In this document: piece after piece, positions 29,209-44,793 of the stretch | Position numbering within the stretch: position 1 is the stretch's first letter | Layout: each line of letters begins with the position of its first letter | DNA from: the human T2T-CHM13v2.0 reference genome, Homo sapiens | Reading direction: 5' to 3' (one strand) | DNA length: 64,000 bases | Assembly (NCBI RefSeq): GCF_009914755.1 | Contig: NC_060940.1 | Notes under the pieces: generated by a model | The model's input: only the letters and a program-made list of their open reading frames with translations | What the model was told of the DNA's origin: nothing | Databases searched by the model: none | Translations under genes and position numbers: made by a program

Positions 29209-29872
29209 TGCTATGGTTTGGAGGTGGTTTGTTCTGGTTCCCACCAAGGCTTATGTAGAAATTGGATCCCCAGTGTGGGGGTGTCGGGAGCGGGGAGGCT
29301 AGCAGGAGGTGTTTGGCTTATAGGGGCAGATGTCTCACAAATGCTGTTCTGGAGTTTGAGTGAGTTCTTGCTTTTGAGAGCCCAGATTCATTCTTGTGGG
29401 GATGGATTAACTCCCCTGAAAGGAGGCTGTTATAAAGCAGGATGCCCCTTGGGTTTCATTCCCTTGGCATGTGCCCACTTCCCCTTTGACTTTCTCTACC
29501 TTGTTGTGACAGCTCAAAAGTCCTCCCTAGAAGTCAGCGCCGAATCCTTGAACTTCTCAGCCTGCAAACCTGAGCTAAATTATAATAATTCTGTAATTAT
29601 TCATGGAATTCCAAGTACTTTTATTTGACTAGACTATAGGGGTAGCACAGAGTCCAAACTAGTGATAGGAGATTAGGCTGGAGGGGTAGGTGAGGGCTGG
29701 ATTATGAGGACTCTTGCAAGCCATGATAAGAAATGTGGGTTGTATCCCACAGAAACTGGGAACCCACCAAAATATTTGAAGCTGGGAAGCACATGAAATT
29801 GGAAATTAGACTCTTCTTTGGAAATTACCCAGTCTCAGGTATACTTATAGCAACACGAAATGGGCTAAGACA
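29209..29872 (+). mobile_element. MST (B/C-type) solo LTR carrying a ~220-bp foreign insert
   Basis: tgctatggtttgg ... aaattacccagtctcaggta...gggctaagaca; TSD atctg/atcag; 29583-29803 is not LTR sequence. Confidence 0.88.
29594..29803 (+). repeat. Direct local duplicate of 27031-27237
   Basis: Hand alignment gives about 15 substitutions and one 3-bp indel over about 207 bp. Confidence 0.95.
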
Positions 29873-32354
29873 ATCAGACCTATCCGTAAAGTTGTGGAAA
29901 GAAATGCAGACAGGAAAAAGAAAATCATGTTTGTTTCCTGAGCCTCTAGATAGTAATGCATACATGAGAATAGTGGAACAAATTAAACCTCTTTCGGCAT
30001 GAATAAGCTCTTCAAAGTTCAGCTCCACATATAAGCTACAGTTGGGTGGGGCTGTCAATTTTCAGGAAAAACTTGTGGTAACAACACAGGGTTTGCAGTC
30101 ACTTCTGCTATAAGCCATGGTGTCCTGGGAATGTAAGTGGTAACGCCTGTTCCCTACCCCCGTGGCTGAGGAACACCAGCCCTGCCCTATTCCTCTGTGG
30201 GGGATTGTGGCGATAATTCTAGTTCCCTGGAAAGCACACATCTGAGATTCAGCATGATGTATCTTATCCCCAGCACGGTTATTTTCCCCCTCATTTTTTC
30301 TTAAGCCCTTCTCCTGGGAAGATAAAGGTCAACTTAAACCTGAGCTCCAGGCAGTGCTACCTCACTTCCTCTTCACTGATCAAATCTTAAAGCAACAGGA
30401 ATGTTCCAGAATTCCTCTAAGTGAATTGCACTTGTCTGTAGTTGTGTGGGCAGTTCTGAAGTAGCTCTCACCTCACATTTTAAGGCAATTTTACTAATAG
30501 GAGCACCAAATCCTTCAGGGCCAGGAAAGCTCTATTTAACCATGAATTTCCTCCCTTGGGGTTTCGTTATGTTTGGTTACAAAGTAAAATAAACCCACAC
30601 TGCTTCAGAGTCTGGAGAGGCACAGGGGCATGATTTAGCTATGTTAATAATAGAAATTGAAAAGTATTTTAAAAGATAACACACCACCTGTGCCTTCTTT
30701 TGATTGTGAGACTAAATGAAGAAGAAATTTTTTCCCCGGAAATGTTACTGCTCTGAACAGCATTTTAGCACTATTATCCCATGATAACATCAGAGCGGGG
30801 GAGTAATTATTTGCCGGTAATATGCGTGCTGCCGTTAGCTGAATATGGCAGCACTTCCATGCTGAGATCTATGAAGTATAGATTATACATTTCCATGCTC
30901 ATTCAAAATATGTATTTTTTATGATTGATGAGGACATTGCAGCATGCCACCTTCATAATTTGCATTTTTAAATGGTTCTGTGTGTAAATCATTGGCGTGT
31001 ATTACCTCAATCAGAAGCCAAATAACTAATTGTAAAAGCTCTAAAATATGCTTTTCTTAAATATGTTGTGCGGGAATCAGAGATAAATATACCTTAACAC
31101 ATTTTTATATTTCATTACTATTCAATATATTTTTTTTGTTGTTCTAACAAAGAAAACCTCCAGCTTTTATAATACCATTACCGTCAAATTAAAGACTAGC
31201 CTTCATCTTTCCAAACATATATTTTGTGCTTTGCTCAAAGCCAGGAATGACCTGGCTCATGAAGGGGTTCATTAGCAAGATGCTTGAAGGAAAGGAAAAA
31301 TTTGCTAGTTGATCGAGAAAATATAAATGATGAGGCTAAACTCATATTTGAGATGTTCTAGATTTTCCTGGTGAGATTTCAAGGTCCAACACAGGATTCT
31401 AATATTCTCAGAAGATCTCCTACATGAATTCCTTCAAACTTGAGAATTACATTTACTCTCCACACAAAGGGAGTAGGAATTTTTCAGTATAAGGCAAATG
31501 GCAACAAAAACACACTAGAGATTACAAAGCCAACGTCACTATTATTTTTAAAAGGCTTTATGAAAACATTAGTGCTGAGCCTGGGTGATTTATGGCACAA
31601 ATCCATGGAAAGAACCTTTCCTAAGCCCACATTTCAGCTAGGGCTTTGCCTGGGAGAAAAAAGGAAGCCCTTGCTTCTGGAAGGCTCCCCTCACCGCCGT
31701 CTCCATATGTGGGAAGTTCAGAGCTGAGGTAAAATGAGGAAGGAGAATCAAGACACTGGAAACATATGCCCAAGAGGGAGCCTGAGAATCTTTGCAGAAG
31801 TTGAAGTTGAAACAGAAGTTTACTAAGATGCTGAAACTTAAAGAATGAAAACCATCAACTAGCAGAGAGTAGGGGATTCGGGAAGCCTCCAAAGAATTCA
31901 CAAGAACATTCAGATGAAGGGAAAGAGGGCACCAGGTCACACTGGGTTGGTTGCCGAGGGAAATCCCTCCCCTTGTGTCCTAAATCATTCCCTTGTCACC
32001 TTGTTATGCCTCAGTCCTCAGAACCACTCCTTACTGTGGCTTGGTGCTTGTCCCTCCATATCGTAACTCTGTTTTATATTCTTTTGACTTTACTGTTTCT
32101 TCTGCATGTACATGAGCCTCATTAGCATTGAGCTTGTGTCTGTTTTGTTTGCAGCGTTATACCGAGTGCTTGCCTACCAGTGGGCTCCAAAGGGATTTTT
32201 GCAATGACTAAGGTGGAAATTGAATTTGGGAGTACTGGGATGTTTGGGAAAAGATCTATATCGAAGTCAGATTTATATGGTGAGAGCACTGTCTTCAGCA
32301 GATGTCCTTTGAGGGTCCAGGTCAGTCTCTGGAGGCACTCCCCTCTCTCCCTTC

Positions 32355-32682
<328 letters not shown>

Positions 32683-34519
32683 TTAGAGCACCTGTACTCA
32701 GGGTATGGAAGCACTCATGAGGATATGAGCCTCAGCCTTCTGGAAAAGAGGACTTTTCGCTTGCTATAACTCCCATGGGATTTTTTTTTTTTTTAACTTT
32801 GTCTTTGTGGACTTCAGAAGTCCTTCCAGACAAATGGCTGCTTTATTTGTGAGGTAGTGATTTATATCCCTGGCAGAATAATCCTGGGTGAAAGTGGCTC
32901 TCCGTCACCATAAAGGAATAGCAAAACATTTATGAAAGGGAGACAGAGCTTCAGATGAGTGGGTAGAAAAGTTCCGCACAATATCAATGGTTGAAAGAAT
33001 ATGCATATATTAATTAATAATTCCGACATACTTCTTTTATAAGGTCCCTTATGAAAGATAGACTATTTTCCACATTTACTTTGCATTGGAAGTGACAGAT
33101 GAAATTAATATGCTTCATAAATTGCCATCACAGAGGGTCAATTAACAAGTGAACTAACCTTGTGAAAGTCATTTTGAAAGACTAGTTATGTCTGTAATAT
33201 TCCCTGTCAAATTAGGTAAAAGTGGGAAAATTAGATGCCTGTCAAATAAATAGCAGTCTAAGATACGGAGTAATTGCATTTTTGATAAGCTAAATTAGTT
33301 TCTGTGATTGTTGCTTGAGAACAGAAAATGAGTAGTGGAAATAGTAAAGATCTGAAAATTCTGTGTGTGGGTACATGTGTGCACATACATACAAATATAT
33401 GTAACAGATGCATATTTGTGTGGATGTACACACATACGTACAGAGAGGCAGAGAGGAGAACACTGAAGATTCAAATTGGAAGTAAGACAGGTCCACACTC
33501 CTTAGCTAAACCATCACCTCCTCTTCCACCAAGGCTATTGCCTTTTAGGTCCTTCACACGTACCTGGCCAGCTCCCACCTTTCTGCCTTTGCTCACTTGG
33601 CTTCCTTTTTAGTTATGTCTGCCTCTACTTCATTCCATCAAAATGAACCCTGGTGCTTGTACAATGGGTTGGACAGTGTTTGGGCCATGCATGGACCAGC
33701 ACAATAGTGTCTGCTGCCCTAGAGCTAAAATTCCCTCCAGGAGAGAACAATAACCTAGGACCCTGAAGCTGAGATTCTTGCAGGTGACTTGCTTCTGCCT
33801 GCAAAAGGACTAGAGAAAGGAACCCTCCTAACAAACCCAACTGAGCCAGTTTGGAGGCTGAAGGAATTAATGTAGCAGTCAGATCACATGGCTGTTTTCA
33901 CCCAATCCACCTGACAGGAAGTTCCAGAAAGACCACACAACACACACAAAGTACTCCCACATAAAGGTTATCCTCTTCCAGGACAGATGTGGTGGGAGCC
34001 TCCCCACTTCCTTCCTGATGTAAAAGTTCCATATGGAGTTTTACTGCTCTCCTGCTCCTCTGACGTCTCGGTTCTGTTCTTCAAAACTCTGCCATGTCTG
34101 TGATGAAATTAAATCCCTGACTGGGTCTCAAGTTCCTACTTGTCATATGAATCAGTAGAGCTTAAAATTCATCTGAAGTCTTGGTTGTCTGTCCCCATTC
34201 CTCCATGACCTCCTTTGGGGCTTGGAGCAAGTCAACTTCTTATCAGGATGTGTGTCCCGGTGTGTGAAAGGAGGCTGCTTTGCAGCAAGGAGATTGTTAA
34301 AAAAAAAAATTAAAAAGTAAAAGTCGTTATATTTTTGTGTATACCAGAGCCCAGCTACACATATGTAATGTAGAGAAAATACTTTCTCTCCAATCCTTTT
34401 TCTTCCTCTGAGTTTTCTCCTTATACCTTTTAATTGTCAGCGAATTCCCAAAGGCATATGTACTGAATCTGCATGTGGATTTTGTATATACATATATATT
34501 CACAAATGCATATGCTATG

Positions 34520-34685
34520 ATTTGTGATTCCCATTTTACAGAGTTTAAAACTGAGTCTCAGTGAGGGGAAGTAAACTGCATGCAGTTCACGCAGTTACTA
34601 ACAACGTGCCTTGTTGTTCTGTACATAGCATAGGAGGTTGAACCCAATTAGTCTGACTCAAGGCTTGTACTCTCTATGATATCCA
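34520..34685 (-). mobile_element. MIR
   Basis: attcccattttacaga...aaactgagtctcagtgagg...gtctgactcaaggc. Confidence 0.7.
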
Positions 34686-34763
34686 GAACGCTCTTTTCTT
34701 CAAAGCCAATTTTATTCCAGCTTGGACAAATTCTACGCATCTTCCTAATAAAAGAAGAACCTT

Positions 34764-35056
34764 GCCAGGTGCAGTGGCTCACGCCTGTAATCCCAGCACT
34801 TTGGGAGGCCAAGGCGGGTGGATCACCTGAGGTTAGGATTTCGAGACCAACCTGACCAAAATGGAGAAACCCCGTCTCTACTGAAAATACAAAATTAGCC
34901 AGGCGTGGTGGTGCATGCCTGTAATCCCAGCTCTCGGGAGGCTGCGGCAGGAGAATCACTTGAACCCGGGAGGCGGAAGTTGCAGTGAGCTGAGATTGTG
35001 CATTGCACTCCAGCCTGGGCAATAAAACTCCATCTCAAAAAAAAAAAAAAAAAAAA
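34764..35056 (+). mobile_element. AluSp-like
   Basis: ctgaccaaaatggagaaacccc diagnostic; TSD aagaa(c/t)ctt. Confidence 0.93.
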
Positions 35057-38000
35057 GAATCTTGGGAGACAGTGTGCCTCCACTTTTTTGTCTATTGGTT
35101 GTATTACAAGTTCTTTTTCATTTTCTGCCCTTGATTGCACAATCTCCTTCTCTCCCTGGTCTGCCCAGTGCAGACAGATACAGATGAGCCGGCTCAGTCT
35201 GTGTCCATACAGATGCGGACCAGCTCACAGTACTGCTCTTATGTGAGCTGCTCAGAGTTCTGTGATTGAAGGACAGGGAAAAACTGCCAACTAAAGCAAT
35301 AGAATCATTGGATGGACACTGGCCATATTTTGCAAATCTAAAAGCTGACAGCTGGGTCTCAGAAAGGACAGGAGCAAGTTCAGTTCTGGGGATCCCAGCG
35401 AGCATACTGTCTCTTAGGCAGAACCAATGGAATAAGTCCTCTCCAACCACCTTCAATTCATGTGCCCTTTGTTTCTTGGTTCCTGTTGCCAGGAGAGAGC
35501 TTCTGATTGGCTTAGGTTGTATCATAAGGCCACCCTTCTTGGGCAGGTTTGGAGGAAACAACACTGTGACTGACACCCCTGCCAGGTCTACAGGGAAACA
35601 CAGAGAGGTAATGGCCAAAGATAAGCAGAATGCTGCTGATGTTAGAAGAGGGACAGGAAAGCTAGCAAGTCACAATCTATAGGCATCTCCCACACCATGT
35701 AATTACATAAAATAAAACCACAAAAGCTCAATCACTTGTCTCTTGCCTCCAAACCTAAATTGCAAATCTCCATGCAAAAGTCAGCAAAAATAAAGGCAGC
35801 AGCTTGTGAGTGTGGGGAAGGCCAGGAGAATTTGACCTCAGAAAATCTGCACTTAAATCCCAGTCCTGGCACCATAGCTGTGTTGCCTTGGTATTAGATA
35901 CACCATTCCAAAGCCCGCTGTAAAGCATAAGTTTTCCCAGTACTTGCAGGGAGTCACTAGAAGGATCACATGAGATGCAGCTTCTACAAGTGCATGGGGA
36001 ATCAGCACCCACTCAGCTGAATCTGCTGTAGAAAGGATTGGCATCAGGGTTGCAGATAGCAAGTGAAGCTCATGCACATGCTCATGAGTTTGCAAACTGT
36101 TTTAAACACTTGTAAAAATCTCTCCTGAGCCATTTATTTAAGTAGAGCTGGGAACATTGAATAAATGACAGCCCTTTCTTAAGGGGGAGTCTTTGAATTC
36201 TGAGTGACTGGCAGATTTCACAGCCATTGATATTTTGAAAGGTGCATTGGTGACTTGAAATCCTTGAGAGCAGTTATCTTTGAAATTGTGGATTCTGCAA
36301 ATGTAGATATTGATATCCAACTCAATATATGCAGCTTTCTCTATATACCATTCAGCATATGTTAGCCATCTGTCATAAGCTTCATGCCCCTAAACTTTCA
36401 GCTATCCAGAAATCTAACAACTGCCTTTTCAGTAAGGTTACTCTGTGCTAATAATTGAATAAAGCAATATAAGATTCAGCCAAATAGAGTGTGTCTGCCA
36501 TTTTTAGAGGTTCTCAACCCAAAGTTGAAGGGCCCCAGGCCATGGTAGATTTTTAAAAGAAATTTTGACATGGGCAGTGCCAATAAATGACTCTCAAGAA
36601 CCCTTACCATTGTAAAAAAAAAAAAAAAAAAAAAATGGGAGGTCCTTGGTATTACCAATTTAAAATGTGAGCATTCTAGAGGGACAAAACCTATAATGAA
36701 TTACAATTGCCTTTTTTCCCATTATTTTAGTTAATGTTGTTAAACGATAGTGTCTGGAATTGGCTAAGGAAGAACAGTTACTTGAAATATGTGCTGTTTT
36801 GAATAAACTGATCCTGTCTTAATGAGCTTTTATAGGGTTTTATGCATGACTTACTACCCATATTACATTGCTAAGGTAACCTACTTAAAACTGTGGTGCA
36901 ATATGATGTTTTTCAGTTCATTTGTCTGTTTCATTAATGATGGAATGTATTTTCCAGCACACAAATCCTATTTATGATCAAGACATTGTTGTTCTGTATA
37001 TCAACTTAAACTCTTACACTGTGTAATTTACCTGCTGTCAAATCTCATTTGAAGAGCTGTTGTCTAGCATTGCTCTAATCAAAAATATGCCCCACTGTAA
37101 TGAGCTATGCATGTTGTGTCTAGTATTATTTATTTTTAATAAACTTTATTCACTCCCAACACACTTTGGGAAACGGACAATCTATAATATCTTCTCTCTT
37201 CTTCTTCTTTTTTAACCAACTATCTTTCCAGCTAGGGTGATGATTCACAAAAATGTGATTTTTTTTTCTTTCAAATGTGTCTTAATGGGTAACAGCTGAT
37301 TAGATAAATGTACAGGAGAAATATAAAAATAATTTGGTATTTAAAACAAGACTAATCATTAATAAGACAAGCAGTTTTCTAAACTAAAATGGCTAGAATA
37401 ATATGTGAAATTAGACTTCCAGGACAGAGCACCCTCTGTGATTTGAGGAGCCCAGCTCATTCATTAAATATGATCAATATGCCTCATCATGGAAAGACTA
37501 TTCCCTGAGATGGCATGTCAGTGTGTTAAAAAAAAATACGGTATTTTTTTCATCTACACTCTGTAAAGACAAGCCCACAACTTCATATGGGGCTCAGCTG
37601 AAGGTCAGCCATCTCTTCCGACACAAGAAAAGAAAATGGCGGTGTTGGACTTAATGAGACATGATTCTGTACTATACTTAATAGGCCATTTTACTGATTT
37701 CATGGGTACATCATGCTGTAGTTTTCTCTTTACATGTTGACTTTACATTCCAAATTCCACATTAGGTGCAACTTCATTCTAAGAGCTTTGGGATGCTTGT
37801 ATGTGAAACAGGTTTTATGCGCAGCTCTTTTCCAACCTATTCTTCTTTAGTCAGTGGTTCCTGTGGGTTCTTGGGCCTTTGCCTTCCTGTCTTCAGCCTC
37901 TTCTCTGAGCAGTGTGATATAGCCTTGAAAAGACTTGGGAGGTGGGCAGAACGGAGTTTGAATCCTGGCTCCACCCTGTGTGACTTTGGACAAGGCACTT

Positions 38001-38883
38001 ATATTCAACTACAAAAGGGTCACCCATGCTGACGTTACAAAGTGATAGTGAGGAATAACAGAGTTACAGAATGCAGAAGAACAACCAGCACAATAGTAGC
38101 CTGTCTGTGTATGATGCTTATAATTGTGATCATCATTTATCCTAAGCTCATATGTGGAAGCCCACATAAGTATGGCGTCTTACCAGTAAACTCCGCTGAA
38201 TCCGAGGAAGGGCCTTAGGCCTTCTGGCAAGGTAACATTCAGAGTGCTGAGAATGCTGCTGCAAGTGGAATTTACTTATCAGAAGGTCAGTTAATTCCAC
38301 TAAACTCTGATGTCATATCTAGCTTGTACAGGAGGCAAACAAACAAATGCTAAACAGTAGTGCAGAACCTTGGAGTTAACTGTGTGCACATTTAAACCTC
38401 ACCTCCAACCCCACTGTGTGTACAGTAATTATTTCCAGTGAAATCACTGCTTTCTTTCCGTGAATGACTAACTGGTGATGATATTGTCTGGTATGATAGT
38501 AACTGCATAAGACCTATAGGCACATAGTTCATCACCAATTTGTGCTTTGTGCAATATTTGCTTCGGGGGAAAAATAAAAGAATCACCAAATATGTTACAA
38601 ACTCTGGATTTAAAAAAAAAAAACAGCTCTAAGAAAATTTTTATTTTTTTTAGTGTGTTCTCGCTATCTTGGAGTTATTTCTAGTCATCGGGATCTTGCA
38701 TGATTTAAACAAGGCCCTTAGGTGACCATCAATTTATATCTAAATTATTAGTGTGCTTGTTATAGTGGGTGAATGTTCTTTCAGTTCATTTGCTCATTCA
38801 CCACCAGGATTCTACACCAGGAACTATGCTAGGTTCTAGTGTTATAGGGAGGTTAATATATGGGAGTATATATTGAAACACAT

Positions 38884-39270
38884 TGTATTAGTTGATTTTC
38901 ACACTGCTCTGAGAAATATCCAAATAACCCAAATTACTGGGTAATTTATAAAGGAAAGAGGTTTAATTGACTCACAGTTCTGCAGGGCTTAGGAGGCCTC
39001 AGGAAACTTACAATCATGGTGGAAGGGGAAGGAAACACGTCCTTCACATGGTGGCAGGAGAGAGAAGTGCAGAGAGAAAAGGGGAAGAGCCCCTGATAAA
39101 GCCATCAGATCTCATGAGAACTCACTGACTATCACAAGAAGAGCATGGGGGAACCACCCCCATGATCTGATCACCTCCCACGAGGTCCCTCCCCAAACAC
39201 GTGGGGATTACAATTCGGATTTCAATTCAAGGTGAGATTTAGGTGTGTGACACAGAGGCAGACCATATCA
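38884..39270 (-). mobile_element. THE1D-like solo MaLR LTR
   Basis: tgtattagt...gaccatatca; perfect 5-bp TSD cacat at 38879-38883 and 39271-39275. Confidence 0.92.
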
Positions 39271-39729
39271 CACATACACACACATACTGAATAATTGCTA
39301 CCGTAATTGATACACTGGCCTAGTGGAGGGGGAATCTAGTTTGAACTATTTCATATGTGTCACGAGCCTGGATTTCCAGCATCATAAACTGGGAGAAACG
39401 GGGAGCGATGCAAAAGACAGTCAGTGCTACCGCTAGAGCTGGAGATCAGCATGGTGGGGGATGCTGGCTCCTAAAGCAGAAGTGGGGCAAATGTAGGGTA
39501 GTTGGATGCAGTCACAGATGTGCTAGGGAATGTGGTCTAGGGAGCACAGTAGTGAGTGCTGCTGAGGGTGGTAAGGGGTTAATGCTGCAGGAGAGAGGTG
39601 AGATGCGTCACAGGCAGCTCATTATCTGATGCAGTCTATGCAGAGTTTAATGTTAGAAATACCAGCTGCGAGTGCCCACACTCTGCATGGCATTCTGTAA
39701 TGCATTTGATTTTACTCCTCACAGCTAAG

Positions 39730-40916
<1,187 letters not shown>

Positions 40917-41009
40917 TCACATCCTTCTCAGGTGGACTGCACTGCTTCTGCTTAGATTTGGCTTGTAGAGTTTAGCCAAAGGAAAAACCACTGGAGGAAG
41001 CTGTAGTCA

Positions 41010-41140
41010 GCCTCAGTTTTCCCTCTGTGAAGTAGGGGTAATAATGATACCTATCCCATAGAGTAACTAGAAAGACTGAAAAGATCCAGTATTTGTAACA
41101 CAGTGTCTAAAACATACTGAGCATTTAATAAGCTTAAGCT
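41010..41140 (+). mobile_element. MIR
   Basis: gcctcagttttccctctgtgaagtaggggtaataatgatacctatcccatag. Confidence 0.75.
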
Positions 41141-42994
41141 GCTGCTGCTTTTGCCATTGAGAAAAGACAAGATTATGTAGGGCTCATTTCCAGTAAGGAA
41201 GGTCTTACTGTGTTTTCCTGAGTGTGGGTTGTCTAGGGAAATTGGGCCCCTTTCTCTTTTCTTTAAACTTTTAAATCTAATCACTCCATTTTCTTGTGTC
41301 TTTTTGGTGAACTCTAGTATTTGGAGGCTTTCTGGCCTTCAGCTATTAATTAAAGTCATTTCTACTGTTAAAACTGAATTATCTGTTTTTCTTCTTCTAA
41401 AAGCAATGAACCAGGGATTCACACAGACTTTAGGCAATCATAATCTTCTAAGGTTTGATTTGAATGAAAGATCCCACATGAAACCTGATTCTGTCTGCTA
41501 CACGTAAGCTGTTGCTTTCATTCTGTTACTCAAAATTGGCCTAGGACATCTAGAAAGGAATCTCTGTGGCACGTTGATGCCTACTTAGTGGCAGTTCGTG
41601 GCTTTAATGAGTCTGTTACACAGTGCACCTTCCTCCTGTGGCCTACGGAAATCGAAGGAGGGATTTGCTTGGTGGGTTCCAGTATGTATTTCTGAGTCTC
41701 AGAAGGTCTGCCAGGAACAAATGGCGAGGCACTGGTATTCGGATAAAAGCAGTTTTCTCTCTTAGTGACCAGACAATGGTGCTGTCTTTCTTTTGAAGTC
41801 ACTGCTGGGATTTTATGGGCATAGTTGATCGAATCCTGTGCTAGATGCTAGAAAATCAGAGATAGGGAAGACCTTGTCCCTACCTCTGGAGAGCTCACAG
41901 GAGTAAAAAACAAAAAAAGCAAAAATATAATAATAATAATTCAATCATTATTCATTAAGAAATCTATGAAAATATATATTATACAAAATATATATATAAC
42001 ATATATATACATAGACACGCAGTAAAATAGATGCACCTGCAAGTGAAGCTTAGGCATGGGTTGAAGGATGAGTAAAAGTTCTTTGGGCAAACATCTTACA
42101 AAGTAATATTCTTTTCTTGCTGCTTGTTGTCTCTTATAGAACTATAATTTAGAAAGATATTTTGTATTGTGATGCTCATGTTTACCTACTAATGTAATAA
42201 TTTCTGTTGTCTTTTAAAAATATTGGCATGTTTGGATATCAAATATTTGACCTCTAGGATTCTCTTTGGCATTCCTTCCGAAGGCGTTTATTCCTCAGTG
42301 TTTCTCTGCCAGCAAAGGTAGCATTCCGGTTTTCCTGTTTGAGATGCAGACACCTAGATGTCATCAAAGCCAGAGACGGAAAGCAGCTGCAGCTATATCC
42401 AGTGAGCTGGTTTCTTTTTTGCCAACCTAAGAAGGCTTTGTTGTTGTTGTTTCTAGGCATGTGAAAAACAGGCCGAATTGAATATCGGAGAACAGTAAAT
42501 CACGACTTTACGATTTACTTCTTGGAGAGAAAAATATGAAATATTGAAATCCTCAATATTTTTCATTTAGAACAAGGAGAATAAGTTTTAAATTACTAAA
42601 CAAAACTAGTGATAAAGGAGTGTAGCGAGTTTCATAAAACATCATGTCATCTATGCAAAGTTGTGACAGGAACGGAGAAGGAAAAAAATATGCTGGGTGA
42701 GGAAGACAGGTGACAAGAAAGGAGTTGTGAATGGCATTAAGAATGAGAACACAGGGAAAGCTTGAATGGGCTCTAAGTGAATAATCAGGTCATAGCTAAA
42801 TTTCAGGGGATAAGTGAACAGCTCACTGTTTCAGTTCTTCACCTGCTCGTTCAAAATTTTCAAAAGCCCAACGTAAATGAAATGATTAATACAGCCCACA
42901 GACAGTAGACGTTAGGCATCATGGAAAAACGAGGTTCTAAGTAATTCTAGGATTATTCTGCAGCACGTGACACAGGTGGTCACACCTCAGTTAG

Positions 42995-43313
<319 letters not shown>

Positions 43314-44493
43314 TGGATTGTCCTTTTCAGACCCAGACCAAAGAACAGGACTTATTGTCCCAAGACCAATCTAGGAAAAGTATAAGCTGTGTTGTCACCC
43401 AGGCATTGCTAGAAAGTGGTAGGCTGGACACAGGATGAAACAGTTGCCTGATTTTAAAGTAAGAGAAATAGATCAAAACAAATGACAGAAATCAGATAAT
43501 CATCTAAAAATGTTTATTACCTATGAGAGTGTTTTCTTGCTCACCTCAATTAGAGCAAACAACCACTATTTCTACAAGAACAGATTTTTCCCCCATTAAA
43601 ATATTCTGAAGATAATTTTGTTCAGATCATCAGTGCTGCAAGTCAAAAAAGGAGGAAATCGGGCTGCTTGTGAAATTCTCTTGTCATTAGTTCCGGTTGC
43701 TTATTAGAGTGTGTAGACCAAGCGCAAGGAATGAGAATAAGCACACATCACCGTCAGCCAACAATCAGCCACAAAGTGGAGCCCATTAGATCTCTGGCTT
43801 AGGCTACGAGAGTTGGAAGTTACCGAACAGATTTTAGGGATGGAAGAATTTAGGAACTGCTGTGGAATAAACCTGAGAAGAAGAAAAGAATCCCAAGACC
43901 AAAATCTTAGTCTGAATGTGAAGTCTTTGGAAAATGCTAAGTAATGACAAATATCTAAAGGAAACTGAGACCATGTGATGCTACCAGGTGATAGTTTAAT
44001 GAGAACTGAAGGTTAATGAAACATTTCATAGAGTTCATTGATGAAGTATGGAATACAAATAGAAGGAGATTGAAATTAAGGGGGCCTTCCTGATGTCTCA
44101 CTATTTTGAAAACTAGTTTGTGCTAAGACTGAGCTGGCAGACACAGACATCAATCTCTTGTGAAACAATTGTCTATTATTAACGTGCTAATTCAGGTCAG
44201 ATGGCCTGGAATTAGTGTCTCAAGTTGATTTCCTTTTACACCACTTCCTTTGCAGAGCTGGACAGAAAGCTCGTGGCAATGTGTACTTTAATGGAATTAA
44301 TTAGTATCACAGCAAGTTGATCAACTTGGAGGCACGTCACTCACCCTTCATTGGCATCGGAATTATTTAAGTTGGCGCGGACTCTATGTTAACTACACAG
44401 TTATTTTTCATGCAAAATGCTATGGCATTAAAGACAACGACTAGGCTGTCATACCTCCTCATTTTTTTTTCTGGAAAATATGGAAATCTGGAA

Positions 44494-44793
44494 TTTTTTT
44501 TTTTTTTTTTTTTGAGACGGAGTCTCACTCTGTCGCCTAGGCTGGAGTGCAGTTGCGCAATCTTGGCTCACTGCCAGTTCCACATCGTGGGTTCACAACA
44601 TTCTCCTGCCTCAGCCTCCTGAGTAGCTGGGACTACAGGCGCCTGCCACCACGCCCAGCTAATTTTTTGTATTTTTAGTAGAGACAGGGTTTCATCGTGT
44701 TAGCCAGGATGGTCTCGATCTCCTGACCTCGTAATCTGCCTGCCTCAGCCTCCCAAAGTGCTGGGATTACAGGCGTGAGCTCTGCGCCGGGCC
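44494..44793 (-). mobile_element. AluY/Sc-type
   Basis: gttagccaggatggtctcgatctcctgacctcgt; TSD gaaatctggaatttt on both sides. Confidence 0.95.

Noticed and set aside
35118-35682. Overlapping 166-aa and 138-aa ORFs and a 9-bp inverted repeat at 35221-35250
   Set aside because: Probably an old LTR remnant; no known homology and no splice context.
42345-42410. Possible small + strand exon (tttcctgtttgag ... cca|gtgagc)
   Set aside because: Weak splice sites, expected by chance, no recognisable peptide.
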